Assembly: GCA_963776245.1 (NCBI GenBank)
Contig: CAVZLN010000003.1
Location: 160,001-224,000 of the forward strand
DNA length: 64,000 nt
Origin: Candidatus Eiseniibacteriota bacterium
Lineage (GTDB): Bacteria; Eisenbacteria; RBG-16-71-46
Direction of reading: 5' to 3'
Below the pieces are notes generated by a model. The model worked only from the letters and a program-made list of their open reading frames with translations. It was not told the DNA's origin and ran no database searches. Positions within the stretch are counted from its first letter, which is position 1, and each line of letters starts with the position of its first letter. Shown here piece after piece: positions 1 through 12,564 of the stretch. A program made the translations under genes and the position numbers.

Positions 1-759
1 CTCGACCAGCGTGCCGCGCACCGCGTGGAGCAGCATGAGGAACGCGACGAGCGAGGCGATGAACACCCCGGTGAGGCGGCCGAACAGCGTCGGGTGGATG
101 CGCACCGGGCCGACGAACACGTAGAGGTACGCCGTGCCCACCACCAGCCACCCGTAGCGCAGCGCGGCGACCGCGAGCACCCACCAGGCCACCAGCCCGG
201 CGACGTACAGCCCGGTGATGAGCGTGAGATTGAAGACGATGTCCACGATCGGGTCGAGCACGGTGCCGAGACGCGTGATCTGGTTCCAGCGCCGCGCCAC
301 CGCCCCGTCCGCCACATCGGAGAGCTCCGCCAGCAGGTAGGCGGCCATCGCCAGCGCGTAGTGGCGCTCGGCGAGGAACAGCACCACCCCCGGGAGCAGC
401 ACGACGCGCATGAGCGTGAGCACGGTGGGCACGTTGATGGCCGAGAGCCGGTAGCCCTCGCGGTCGCGCAGCAGTCCGACGCACGGCGTCACGAACGCGA
501 ACGCCGCCAGGATGGTCAGCGAGGTGGCGAGGAAGAACTCGAGGGCCAGCGGGCGCTCCCCCGCCAGCGCGAGCGCGGCGGCGGCGAGGAAGGCGAGCGC
601 GAACACCAGCAGCGCCACGCTCCAGATCGAGCGCACCGCGTCCGGATTGGCGTCGAGCTCCTCGCGTACGTGCCTCGCGGTGCGCCGCAGGTAGACCACG
701 ACGGCCGCCGGCGTGAAGCGGTCCCGTCTCAGGTCCTGCAGGTACTCCTCGATGAACAC
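1..759 (-). CDS. CDP-alcohol phosphatidyltransferase family protein (3' end runs off the window)
   Basis: Not in the ORF track because it has no stop in the window. Manual translation from GTG at 759 (RBS GGAGG at 764-768) gives MFIEEYLQDLRRDRF..., several TM segments and the signature SDVADGAVARRWNQITRLGTVLDPIVD (DxxDGxxAR...GxxxDxxxD). Confidence 0.85.
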   Translation of the reverse strand, partial: MFIEEYLQDLRRDRFTPAAVVVYLRRTARHVREELDANPDAVRSIWSVALLVFALAFLAAAALALAGERPLALEFFLATSLTILAAFAFVTPCVGLLRDREGYRLSAINVPTVLTLMRVVLLPGVVLFLAERHYALAMAAYLLAELSDVADGAVARRWNQITRLGTVLDPIVDIVFNLTLITGLYVAGLVAWWVLAVAALRYGWLVVGTAYLYVFVGPVRIHPTLFGRLTGVFIASLVAFLMLLHAVRGTLVE

Positions 760-942
760 TCGGCCTCCGTCGGGGGAAGGACTGTGCGGCAGGATAGCGA
801 GGCGGGCACGGGTCGGCAATGGCGGCGACGCGTCCGCGGCGGCGGATGCGCCGGCTCGCGGATGGGACGCGGACCGGCGGGCGAGCGCGGGGCCAGAATC
901 GGCTGGACGCCGCCCGGTCGAGGGCCGATGCTGTGCCCCATC

Positions 943-3087
943 ATGCGCCCCGTCCGTGCCCGTCTCGCGACCCGCCCCGCGCCGGTCGCACGTGTCTCCG
1001 CGGCCCGCCGCGCCGCGCGGGCCGCCGGCGCGCTCGCTGCCGGAGCGGCCCTCGCGCTGCTCGCCTCGTGCACCTCATTCCTCCCGCCGCGCGGGGCCGC
1101 GTTCGACCCCGACACCGTTCCCGAGGCCCATGCGCGCGCCACCGGGGCGCTGATGTGGACCGGCGCCACGCGCGCGTTCCTGGTCACCCCCGAGGGCGAT
1201 CTGTTCAACGGCGAGTGGACGGTGCGGCTCACGCCCACCGCCGGAGGCGCCACCGCCTCCGCACCCCGCGCCATCGCCGCGGAGGACCGCACCTGGCCGG
1301 TGCTCCACTGGAACCGGCATGCGGGCCGGGTGCGGTTCGAGTTCGAGGCGGTGGCCTCCCCCGAGCCGGCCCCGCGCGACACCGGGCTGCTGGTCTCGCT
1401 GGTGGTGCGGGCGGTCAACACCGGTACCACCGAGGCCACGGCGGGCTTCGAGGCGCGCCTCGCTCCGCGCGTTCCGGAGGCGCCCTTCATCGCGCCCGAC
1501 GCGCCCGAGCGCGAGACGCCGAGCCGGGTGTGGGCCGGCGACGACGGCGAGCGGATGACGCTCGGGTGGAGCGCCGAGAGCGCCAGCGGGGACGCGGTCC
1601 GGGTGAGCTGGCGCCTCGCGCCCGGCGAGACCCGCACCACCCGGTTCCTGCTGCCGGCCTATCCGGAGCGCGCGGGCCAGCTCGCGCAGTGGTCGCGCCA
1701 GCCGCACGCGGCGCGCGCCGCCGCGGCGCGGCGCTACTGGAGCGGCGAACTCGACCGCGGCGCGCGGCTCGAGCTCGGCGACCCGGAGGTGGAGCGCGCG
1801 TTCCGCGCCGCCTCCATCGTGCTGCTCGCCTGCATGGAGCGCCGGGGGAGCGCGTGGGTGCCGATCGGGAACCCGTTCCAGTACCGCGACGTGTGGGTGC
1901 GCGACGGCGCGCGCGCGGTCCGCGCGCTGGCGGTGAGCGGACACGGGCGCGAGGCGCGCGCGCTCACCGACGGTCTGATGCTGTTCCAGTGGCCCTCGGG
2001 AGCGTTCCTGAGCCAGCGCGGCCAGCTCGACGGCACCGGGCAGGTGCTGTGGGCGCTCGACCAGGCGCTGCTGCGCCCCGACGTGGACGGGGACCGCATC
2101 GAGCGCGCCGCCGAGGCGGCGATGGCGGCGTGCCACTGGATCGAGAGCCAGCGCCGCATCGGCGCGCTCTCGGGCCTGGAGTACGGCACCATGCTGCCGT
2201 TCGCCGAGCCCCGCGACGCGGAGATGGTGCGCGCGCAACTGGTGGGCAGCGACGCGTGGGCGATCGGCGGGGAGCGCGCCGCGGTGCGCCTGCTGCGCGC
2301 CGCCGGCCGCACGGCCGCGGCCGACAGCGTCGCGGCCGCGCTGCTCCTCTATCGTGCCGACTTCGCCGCCGCCCTGGAGCGCACCGGATCGGCCGACGTG
2401 CCGCCGTCGTGGCAGGGCGTGGGACGCGACTGGGGCAACCTCTCGGTGGCCGTCCCGTGCGGGGCGCTGCCCCTCGACCATCCGCGCGTGGCCGCGCTGG
2501 AGCGTCGGGTGTGGGCCGAGGCGGGCGGCACCGGCCTCGGCTGGTACCACACCCGCGACTCGCTCCACACCTACATCGCGGTGGACATCGCCACCGGGGC
2601 GATGCTCGCCGGCCGGGCGAGCCTGGCCGACAGCATGCTCGCGGCGCTGCTCCACTGGCGCACCGCGAGCGGCGGCGCGGGCGAGATCGTGGCGCGCTCC
2701 ACGCGCGACTTCGGGCCCAACCTGCCGCCCCACGCCACCGCGGCCGCGGCGCTGGTGTCGCTGGTGCGCGACATGCTCGTGTACGACGACGGCGACACGC
2801 TCGTGCTCACCCCCGGCGCGCGCGCGGGGTGGTGGAACGGCGGCGCGATCCGCGGCGCGCCGACGCGCTTCGGGCGCATCAATCTCGAGTTCGTGCGCCG
2901 CGGCGGGACCGCGGAGTGGCGCTGGACGCCGGTGAAGGCGTGGGTGGCGCTCACCCTGCCGCCCGGCGCGCGGCTGGCCGGAGCACCCGCGGCGCCGCTC
3001 CGCAGCGGCGCGCGTCCGGAGGTGGTGCTCGCGCCGCCCGGGACCGCGACCGCGCGCGTCACACTCGCCACCGGGAGCGCCCGATGA
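943..3087 (+). CDS. Putative lipoprotein with a six-hairpin (alpha/alpha)6 glycosidase-like domain
   Basis: C-terminal part of ORF 25..3087. Arg-rich N-terminus and lipobox-like LALLASC. YRDVWVRDGA resembles the WxRD motif of inverting (a/a)6 glycosidases. C-terminal PHATAAA...GAPTRFGRI beta-sandwich. Start uncertain (928 or 943). Confidence 0.6.
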   Translation: MRPVRARLATRPAPVARVSAARRAARAAGALAAGAALALLASCTSFLPPRGAAFDPDTVPEAHARATGALMWTGATRAFLVTPEGDLFNGEWTVRLTPTAGGATASAPRAIAAEDRTWPVLHWNRHAGRVRFEFEAVASPEPAPRDTGLLVSLVVRAVNTGTTEATAGFEARLAPRVPEAPFIAPDAPERETPSRVWAGDDGERMTLGWSAESASGDAVRVSWRLAPGETRTTRFLLPAYPERAGQLAQWSRQPHAARAAAARRYWSGELDRGARLELGDPEVERAFRAASIVLLACMERRGSAWVPIGNPFQYRDVWVRDGARAVRALAVSGHGREARALTDGLMLFQWPSGAFLSQRGQLDGTGQVLWALDQALLRPDVDGDRIERAAEAAMAACHWIESQRRIGALSGLEYGTMLPFAEPRDAEMVRAQLVGSDAWAIGGERAAVRLLRAAGRTAAADSVAAALLLYRADFAAALERTGSADVPPSWQGVGRDWGNLSVAVPCGALPLDHPRVAALERRVWAEAGGTGLGWYHTRDSLHTYIAVDIATGAMLAGRASLADSMLAALLHWRTASGGAGEIVARSTRDFGPNLPPHATAAAALVSLVRDMLVYDDGDTLVLTPGARAGWWNGGAIRGAPTRFGRINLEFVRRGGTAEWRWTPVKAWVALTLPPGARLAGAPAAPLRSGARPEVVLAPPGTATARVTLATGSAR

Positions 3088-3779
3088 GCCGGCGCGAGCG
3101 CGACGCGAAGCGCGCGACGGGGCGCCCCCGCAGGCCGGCGCGCGAGCCCGCGGCACCGCGCCGCGCGCGGGCGTGGTGGGTCGGGCTGGCCGCCGCGCTG
3201 CTGGCGCTCGCCGTGCTCGCGCTGGTGATGCGTCGCGCGGGCCCCCCGCAGGCCGCGCGCCCCGCGGGGCCCGCCTCGGCGATCGACCGCATGGACGTCA
3301 AGGCCGCCTATCTCGAGGGCGCGCGGCTCTACCAGGAACACCGTCACCTCGAGGCGCTGCCCTACTTCCGCCGGATCGGCGCGCTCCTTCCCAACCCGCC
3401 GCGCCAGTTCCACCTGCAGATCACCGACGTGCTCGATCATGCCGCGCTCCAGACCCGCTCGGACGCGGCGCAGCCGGCGAGCCGCTCGAGCGCGGAACGG
3501 GTGGCGATGGTGCGCGAGGCGCTCGCCCATCTCGACGCGGCGGAACGCCTCTCGACCACCCCGCGCGAGCTCGCCGAGGTGCGCGCGTGGCGTGCGATCG
3601 TGCTCCGGGTGTGGGGCTTCCCGTGGGAGGCGCTCTACTGGCTGCGCAGCTCGGCCGCCGCGGACCCGACCTGGACGGTGATGGGCCAGTCGGCCGACAT
3701 CCTGGTGATGCGTTTCCAGCACCCCGAGGTGGCGATGCCCGGCCTCGACCAGGAGATCACCCCTCCCATCTCACCCTGA
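3084..3779 (+). CDS. Hypothetical membrane-anchored helical (TPR-like) protein
   Basis: ATG at 3084 overlaps the upstream TGA (ATGA). One TM segment WWVGLAAALLALAVLALVM followed by helical repeats. Confidence 0.6.
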   Translation: MSRRERDAKRATGRPRRPAREPAAPRRARAWWVGLAAALLALAVLALVMRRAGPPQAARPAGPASAIDRMDVKAAYLEGARLYQEHRHLEALPYFRRIGALLPNPPRQFHLQITDVLDHAALQTRSDAAQPASRSSAERVAMVREALAHLDAAERLSTTPRELAEVRAWRAIVLRVWGFPWEALYWLRSSAAADPTWTVMGQSADILVMRFQHPEVAMPGLDQEITPPISP

Positions 3780-3894
3780 GCCGGGTGGTCGGGTCTTCCA
3801 CCCCGCGAGCAGCGCGGGGGGCGGGCGCTCCTCGTCGGGCGCCGGGACCACGATGGCGACCCCGGGCGGGCGGGGCCCCGCGCACCCACGCGAA

Positions 3895-3918
3895 GGGCCG
3901 GGACGCGCGTCCCGGCCC
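3895..3918 (-). terminator. GC-rich hairpin downstream of ppdK, possible intrinsic terminator
   Basis: GGGCCGGGAC-gcgc-GTCCCGGCCC perfect 10-bp stem, 14 nt past the ppdK stop, between convergent genes. The U-tract is weak. Confidence 0.5.
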
Positions 3919-3932
3919 CGTCGCGATGGGGA

Positions 3933-6776
<2,844 letters not shown>

Positions 6777-6900
6777 CGAACCCTCCGGGTCCGAGGTGAC
6801 GGCCGCATCCACGGTGGGCACGGCTACCTCCTGTGTGCACCGGGCGCGGCGCCCCGGGCCGATGCGCTCGCGCGCGGCCGGAGCCCTTCCGCTTCCCGGA

Positions 6901-9027
6901 TCAGCGTCGGGGAGCGGGACGGATGAACGTCACCCCCGCGACCCCCTGGTTCAAACGGAGTGACTTTACATCCAGCCGCATCATGTTGTCGCCCGAGGCC
7001 CGCCGCTCCTCGCGGTAGGGCCACCAGACACCGTCCTCGGACCGCATGTCGGTATAGGTGCGGCGGGACAGCTCGGGCACCTGCAGACCGGCGGTCTCGT
7101 ACAGATCCATCCCCGCGAGCCGGCCGGTGGCCCGGTCGAAACGGTAGCGCCGGCGCTCGCCGGACGCCGTGATGACCTGCACGTCGTCGGTCTCGATGTC
7201 CCCGGCCCGTCCACTGCCGCAGTCCACCACGCTCGCCTGTCCGTCCGCGGCCGCCAGCATCAGGTGGGGCAGGTCGCTGGCGAACGCAGCGCGCAGCCCG
7301 AGCACGGAGAGGCTGTCGAGCGGGGTGCCGAGGGTGTCGGCTTCGTCCCGCGACCAGCCGGTGGTGCCGTCGAGCACCTGGCGGGTCTCGACCGAGAGGT
7401 AGCGCGAGATCGAGAGCAGGCGATACGGCTCGAGGCGCACCTGATGCAGCTCCCCATGGAGCTCGCGCCCGCCCGAGGTGAGCATCAGATCGTACTTCAC
7501 CTCGGAGTCGCGGATGCCCCGGAGCCGGGCGAGCCCGCCGTGCGCCTCGAGCGCGCGCGCCACCCGCGCGCGACCGCGCGCGATGCGCTCGGGGGTCGGG
7601 GTCACGAGGGTGTCGGAGTCGGCCACCGCCAGCGGCAGGGCCTCTTCGATCGTCCGGTTCTCGACCGGTCCGAGGGACTCGAGACCCGCGCGCAGGCGCT
7701 CGGCGGGGCCCGCGACCACCACCAGCGCGTGCCCGGGGTCGAACCAGCGCTTCGCGGCGTCGGCCACCGCGTCCGGCGTGACCGCCGCCAGCCGGTCGGG
7801 CGTGGCGACCAGCGCGTCGGCCGACTGCCCGCCGAGCGTGGCCGACTGCCATTGCGAGAGCGCTCCCCCCATGGATTCGAACAACAGCGGGAACGACGCG
7901 GTGAGCATGTGCCGCAGCGGAGCGAGCTCGGGCTCGGCGGGCGGCGACGTCACGAACGCACGCAACTCGTCGCGCAGGCGGCGGACCGCGGTCACCGCCG
8001 AATCCACCGGCACCGCGAGGCTGACCACCAGCAGTCCGCCGTCGCGCGAGATGCTCGCGTTGCCCCGCGGCGCGCCACCTCCGACACCGCCGCGCAGGCG
8101 GCCGAGGCGCGAGTCGGGGCCCATCGCGAACGCGCTCGCGGCCAGCGACACGGCTTCGCCTCCGGCCCGGCGGGCGGGCAGCACGAGGGCGAGACGCACC
8201 TCGGCCCAGCCCATGCCGGGCAGGTCCACGAGCGCGAGCCGGGGCTGCGCCAGCGGCGCCATCTCGGGCGGGCGGGCCTGCGGCGCCGCGCGACCGGCCC
8301 AGCGGCCGAACCAGTCGGCCGCGAGCGCCACCGCGCGCTCGGGCGTGACGTCGCCGACGATCGCGAGCACCGCGTGGTCGGGCCGCCAGACGTCGCGATG
8401 ATAGGCGCGCAGCGATTCGCGCGTGAGGTCGCCGAGCGAGCCCGGGGTCCCGAACACCGGACGACCGTACGGATGCCCGGGGAGCGCCAGCGCCCACGCC
8501 TGGTCATCGGCCAGCGTGGCGGGCATGGAACGTGATTGCATCAGGGTCCGGAGCGACTGGGCGCGCGATCGCTGGAACTCCTCCTCAGGGAAGATCGGGT
8601 CGAGCGCCGCGTTGCTCATGAGCTCGAGCCCGGCCTCCAGGTCGCGGGCCAGGAATGAACCGCTCAGCGTGGAACAGTCGCGAGACGCCTGGGCGGCGAT
8701 CGTGCCGCCGATCCGGTCCACGGCGGCGGCGAACCCGTCGGCGGTGCGGGAGGTCGTGCCGCGCCTGAGCATCTGCGCGGTCAGCATGGCGACGCCCTCC
8801 TGGCCCGCCGGGTCGGCAGCGGCGCCGCCCGGCACCAGCAGCAGGACCTGCACGATCGGCAGGCGGGGCCGCGGGAGCACCAGCACGCGCAACCCGTTGT
8901 CGAGCGTGCGTTCCACCGGGCGCGCGAGCGCGGCCGGCGCGGACGCGGCGGAGGCCACGGTGGCGATGGGAGCGAGGGACAGCGCGAGCGCCAGCAGCGC
9001 GGGCAGGGGGAGCGGATTCGGGCGCAT
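6901..9027 (-). CDS. M16 (insulinase) family non-catalytic subunit with C-terminal LolA-like/lipoprotein-sorting domain
   Basis: Signal peptide, then TLDNGLRVLVL, GVAMLTAQMLRRGT (no HxxEH), HPYGRP, LAIVGD. C-terminal ALEAHGG...DGTTGW...FDRATG...YTDMRSEDGVWWPY...LNQGV...F pattern of LolA-like domains. Start ATG 9027 or GTG 9030. Confidence 0.8.
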   Translation of the reverse strand: MRPNPLPLPALLALALSLAPIATVASAASAPAALARPVERTLDNGLRVLVLPRPRLPIVQVLLLVPGGAAADPAGQEGVAMLTAQMLRRGTTSRTADGFAAAVDRIGGTIAAQASRDCSTLSGSFLARDLEAGLELMSNAALDPIFPEEEFQRSRAQSLRTLMQSRSMPATLADDQAWALALPGHPYGRPVFGTPGSLGDLTRESLRAYHRDVWRPDHAVLAIVGDVTPERAVALAADWFGRWAGRAAPQARPPEMAPLAQPRLALVDLPGMGWAEVRLALVLPARRAGGEAVSLAASAFAMGPDSRLGRLRGGVGGGAPRGNASISRDGGLLVVSLAVPVDSAVTAVRRLRDELRAFVTSPPAEPELAPLRHMLTASFPLLFESMGGALSQWQSATLGGQSADALVATPDRLAAVTPDAVADAAKRWFDPGHALVVVAGPAERLRAGLESLGPVENRTIEEALPLAVADSDTLVTPTPERIARGRARVARALEAHGGLARLRGIRDSEVKYDLMLTSGGRELHGELHQVRLEPYRLLSISRYLSVETRQVLDGTTGWSRDEADTLGTPLDSLSVLGLRAAFASDLPHLMLAAADGQASVVDCGSGRAGDIETDDVQVITASGERRRYRFDRATGRLAGMDLYETAGLQVPELSRRTYTDMRSEDGVWWPYREERRASGDNMMRLDVKSLRLNQGVAGVTFIRPAPRR

Positions 9028-10352
9028 CACCGGCCCTCCTCGGAACGGGTGGCGGGTGAGATCCACGTCACGGTGCGGCCCGCCGGCACCAGCACGCGCG
9101 CCGCCACGCGCTGCAGGTCGGCCGCGGTGACCGCGCGCACGCGCTCCAGCCGCTGCGCGGGGGCCCGCGCATCGCCGGTCGCGAGCCAGGCGGCACCGAG
9201 CTCGCGGCCGACACCGGCCGGGGTCTGCCACGAGAACAGCAGATCGGCCTCGACCTGCCGCTTCCCCGCCTCCAGTTCCGCCTCGCTCACGGGCTCGCGC
9301 GTGAGCGCCGCGGCGGCGGCGGTCAGCTCGCGCTCGACCCGGCTCGTGTCCACGCCGGGCCTGGGGCTCGCGAGCGCGTACAACAGGCCGCCCGCGGCGC
9401 GCGCGTCGAGGGTGCCCTGCGCCATCACGCACGATCCACTGTCGGCGCGCACCAGCAGCCGCTGGATGCGGGACGATCCGCCGGCCGCGAAGACGCGCGC
9501 CAGCACCTCGAGCGCGGGAGTGTCGGCGTCGGCGAGCGGCGGCGTCCGCCAGCCCATCGCGAGGACCGGCAGGGTGGCCTCGGCGATGACGCTCGCGCGC
9601 CGCTCGCCCGCGCCGGGGGCTGCTGCGCGCTCGGGCGCCAGCGCCGCGCCGGGCAGGGCACCAAGGGTGCGCTTCACCGCGGCCAGCGCCGACGCCGTCT
9701 CGAACCGGCCGGCGAGGGTGACCACCATGCGGCCCGGCACGTAGCGCGCCGCCCGGTAGGCCTGCACCTGCTTGAGCGTGAGACCGCGGAGGTCGTCGTC
9801 GAGGCCCGCCACCGGAAAGCGGTACGGATGCCCGGCGAAGGCGGTGGCGTAGAGCAGCTTCAGCGCACGCCCGACCCCGGTCTGATCGGCGCGCCCCCGC
9901 GACTGGTCGAGCAGGGTGCGGCGCGCGGCGTCGAGTTTGGGCTGCGTCAGGTCGAGCGCGGCGAAGCGATCGGCCTCGAGCCTCAGCACGGTCTCGAGCG
10001 CGGCGGGCGGGACGACTGTCTCGAAGCAGGTGTGATCGGCGGCGGTGAACGCGCCGGCGTTGCCGCCCTCGGCCTGCACGCGGCGGGCGAACTGGCCCGG
10101 TCCGGCCTTCGCGGTCCCCATGAACATGAGGCGCTCGATCAGGTGCGTGATGCCGGCGGTCCCGGCGCTCTCGAAGCGCGACCCGGCGCGCACCCACACC
10201 CCCACGCCCACCGAGACGGCGGTGGAGTCGGGAGCGAGCAGCACGGTCAGGCCGTTCGGGAGCGGGACGGTGCGGGCGCCGGCGAATGGGTCCGCAGCGG
10301 ACGCCGCCGTGGGCAGCGCGGCGAGGAGCAGCGCGACGAGATGGACCTTCAT
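9027..10352 (-). CDS. M16 (insulinase) family protein with degenerate Zn motif (HLIER)
   Basis: Signal peptide MKVHLVALLLAAL, LPNGLTVLL, VWVRAGSRFE, GITHLIERLMFMGT, GGNAGAFT, HPYRFPVAG. Confidence 0.85.
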   Translation of the reverse strand: MKVHLVALLLAALPTAASAADPFAGARTVPLPNGLTVLLAPDSTAVSVGVGVWVRAGSRFESAGTAGITHLIERLMFMGTAKAGPGQFARRVQAEGGNAGAFTAADHTCFETVVPPAALETVLRLEADRFAALDLTQPKLDAARRTLLDQSRGRADQTGVGRALKLLYATAFAGHPYRFPVAGLDDDLRGLTLKQVQAYRAARYVPGRMVVTLAGRFETASALAAVKRTLGALPGAALAPERAAAPGAGERRASVIAEATLPVLAMGWRTPPLADADTPALEVLARVFAAGGSSRIQRLLVRADSGSCVMAQGTLDARAAGGLLYALASPRPGVDTSRVERELTAAAAALTREPVSEAELEAGKRQVEADLLFSWQTPAGVGRELGAAWLATGDARAPAQRLERVRAVTAADLQRVAARVLVPAGRTVTWISPATRSEEGR

Positions 10353-10381
10353 GATCGGAGCTCTCAGGAGGAGTGTGGGGG

Positions 10382-12268
10382 TCAACGCAGATAGACCAGC
10401 CGTAGGGTGGAGATTCGACCCGCGGCCTCGGCCGCGAGGAAGTACACGCCCGAGCGCAGCGCGTGGCCGTCGTCGCCGACGCCATCCCACGCCGCGAGCG
10501 GAGGAGACGGCGGCTCGCCGCGCCGCAGCTCGCCGGACCACAGTTCGCGCACCAGGCGACCCTGGGTGTCGAACACCCGCACGCGCGCCGGGGCGCGGGC
10601 GGGCGCATCGGTGCCGAGGGCGAGCCTGATCGGGGTCGCGGGGCCGCCGAAGCGCGCCGGGTTCGCGCCCGCGAACGCGAACACGATGAAGCCGGCCGGC
10701 AGCGGAGGAGGCGGAGGAGGCGGCACGATCGCCGTGTCGGGGGTCCAGCGCAGCGCCGCCAGTCCGTCGGGCAGGCCGTGGCCATAGACGGTGTCGGGGG
10801 TCGCGGCTCGATTGGCGGAATGGTAGAGCGCCTGGATGACCGTGGTCGCCGGCCATTGCGGCCGCGCCTGGATCAAGCACGCGGCGAGCCCGGCGAGGAT
10901 CGGGGTCGAGAACGACGTGCCGCTCTGGGCGGTGTAGGCGTTGGGAACGCCACCCGCGGAGACCAGCGAATCGAGCACGCCGAGCGCCACCAGGTCGGGC
11001 TTGATGCGGCCGTCCGCGGTCGGGCCGCGTGCGGAGAACGAGGCGATGGCGCCGGCGAGGGACACCGCGCCGGCCGTGACGATGCTGTCGCCGTTCGCGT
11101 CCCCCGGCGCCAGGACCTTGTTCTCGGGATAGGGCCATCCATTGTTGTTGCCGGCCGCGTTCACCACCAGGATGCCCTTGCTCGCCGCGATCTCGGCGGC
11201 GCGGGTGACGACGGAGCTGTGCCCGTCGCGCATCGCGTACGTGATGTCGTCCGCCGGGTTGTCCATCGGGCCATAGCCGAGTGACGATGAGATGACGTCG
11301 GCGCCGAGGCTGTCCGCCCATTCCGCGCCCATGCGCCACCACACCAGCTCCTGGACCGTCTCGGTGGGGTTGTACTCGGTGCGGCCGAGGGCGAAGGTGG
11401 CGCCCGGCGCGGCCCCGATGTACTGGCCCGGCGCATTGCCCGCCATGCAGCCGAACGTCCACATGCCGTGCGCGTAGTCGCTGAGGTTGAGCGTGTCGGT
11501 GGCGACCGAGTCGCCCTGGATGAAGTCGCGCTCGTGCCCCGGGGGGACCTGGGCGTTGCGGGTCGCCTCGTGCTTCGCATGGAAGTTGAAGCCGTTGTCG
11601 AGCACGCAGATCTTCACCCCGGTGCCGATGTACCCCGAGTCGTGGACCGCGGGCACGCGGATCTGGTTGAGCTGGGACCAGGTGCGGCCATACGAGAGCG
11701 CCTGCGCGCCGAGCGCGCCGGGGGGCGCCAGCCGTCGGGCCGCGCCGATCTCCTCGGGCCCGGCCGGCTCCACCCGCGTGACCCGTCCGCGCTCCACCGG
11801 GCGCAGGCGCGCGATGTGCGCGAGGCCGGCCAGCTCGGCCAGCCGCGTCCCGGGCACGCTCACCGCGACCTCGTTGCCCCAGCGCGACGCGCCGTAGGGC
11901 GCCAGCCCGCGCGCCTTCAGATCGTCCACATACGGGGCGTAGAGCGGCAGGTCGTCGTACGTCACCAGCGGCCGCAGCCCGGCGCGGACGCGGCGCGCAC
12001 GATTGGCCGGGGTGAGCGACGCTTCGGCGCGGGCGAGCAGGACCGCGAGCCCCGCCGGACCGTCCTCGCCCTTGTCCGCGAACGTGACCCAGGCCGACAC
12101 CGGCGCGTCCGAACCGAGGGCCGCGGCCAGTCGCGGGTCGAGCCGCGCGGCGGCGGCATCGCCGAGGCTCGCGGCGAGCGCCGCGGGCGCGGAGAGCGCG
12201 ACCGCGAGCACGCACGCGAAGCCGGCCTGCTGGAAGACCCGGCGGGCGGGACGGGATGGGTGTCTCAC
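10382..12268 (-). CDS. S8 subtilisin-like serine protease with C-terminal FlgD-Ig/T9SS-like sorting domain
   Basis: Catalytic motifs ICVLDNGF (Asp), AHGMW (His), GTSFSTP (Ser), oxyanion NAAGN. Signal peptide and propeptide. C-terminal VFDTQGRLVR...WDG...SGVYF. Start GTG 12268 (alternative 12280). Confidence 0.9.
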   Translation of the reverse strand: MRHPSRPARRVFQQAGFACVLAVALSAPAALAASLGDAAAARLDPRLAAALGSDAPVSAWVTFADKGEDGPAGLAVLLARAEASLTPANRARRVRAGLRPLVTYDDLPLYAPYVDDLKARGLAPYGASRWGNEVAVSVPGTRLAELAGLAHIARLRPVERGRVTRVEPAGPEEIGAARRLAPPGALGAQALSYGRTWSQLNQIRVPAVHDSGYIGTGVKICVLDNGFNFHAKHEATRNAQVPPGHERDFIQGDSVATDTLNLSDYAHGMWTFGCMAGNAPGQYIGAAPGATFALGRTEYNPTETVQELVWWRMGAEWADSLGADVISSSLGYGPMDNPADDITYAMRDGHSSVVTRAAEIAASKGILVVNAAGNNNGWPYPENKVLAPGDANGDSIVTAGAVSLAGAIASFSARGPTADGRIKPDLVALGVLDSLVSAGGVPNAYTAQSGTSFSTPILAGLAACLIQARPQWPATTVIQALYHSANRAATPDTVYGHGLPDGLAALRWTPDTAIVPPPPPPPLPAGFIVFAFAGANPARFGGPATPIRLALGTDAPARAPARVRVFDTQGRLVRELWSGELRRGEPPSPPLAAWDGVGDDGHALRSGVYFLAAEAAGRISTLRLVYLR

Positions 12269-12564
12269 GGGATGTCGCACTCCTCTCGCCCCCAGCGGGC
12301 GCCAGCGCGCAGCCCCTTCGGGCCCCGCGGTCCTCGCTCCTGCCGCAGCGGACTCACCGCAGGGGCGTCACGCTCGAGCGGCCGCCCGGTGATGAGCGTC
12401 CCCCGGGCTCGGCATCCCACGTGCGCTCCCACGCCGACATTGTACCGCGTCGGGGCGCCATCCGGGATGCATCCGTGGATCGCGGCGCGGCCTCGCCCCG
12501 GGAAGGGGCACGGCGGCACGCGCGCGGGAGGGACGGCCGGGGCCCGCGCGCGCGGGCCCCGCCA

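Noticed and set aside
25..942. N-terminal 300 aa of ORF 25..3087
   Set aside because: It overlaps the minus-strand CDP-alcohol phosphatidyltransferase. The real protein likely starts at 928 or 943 before the lipobox.
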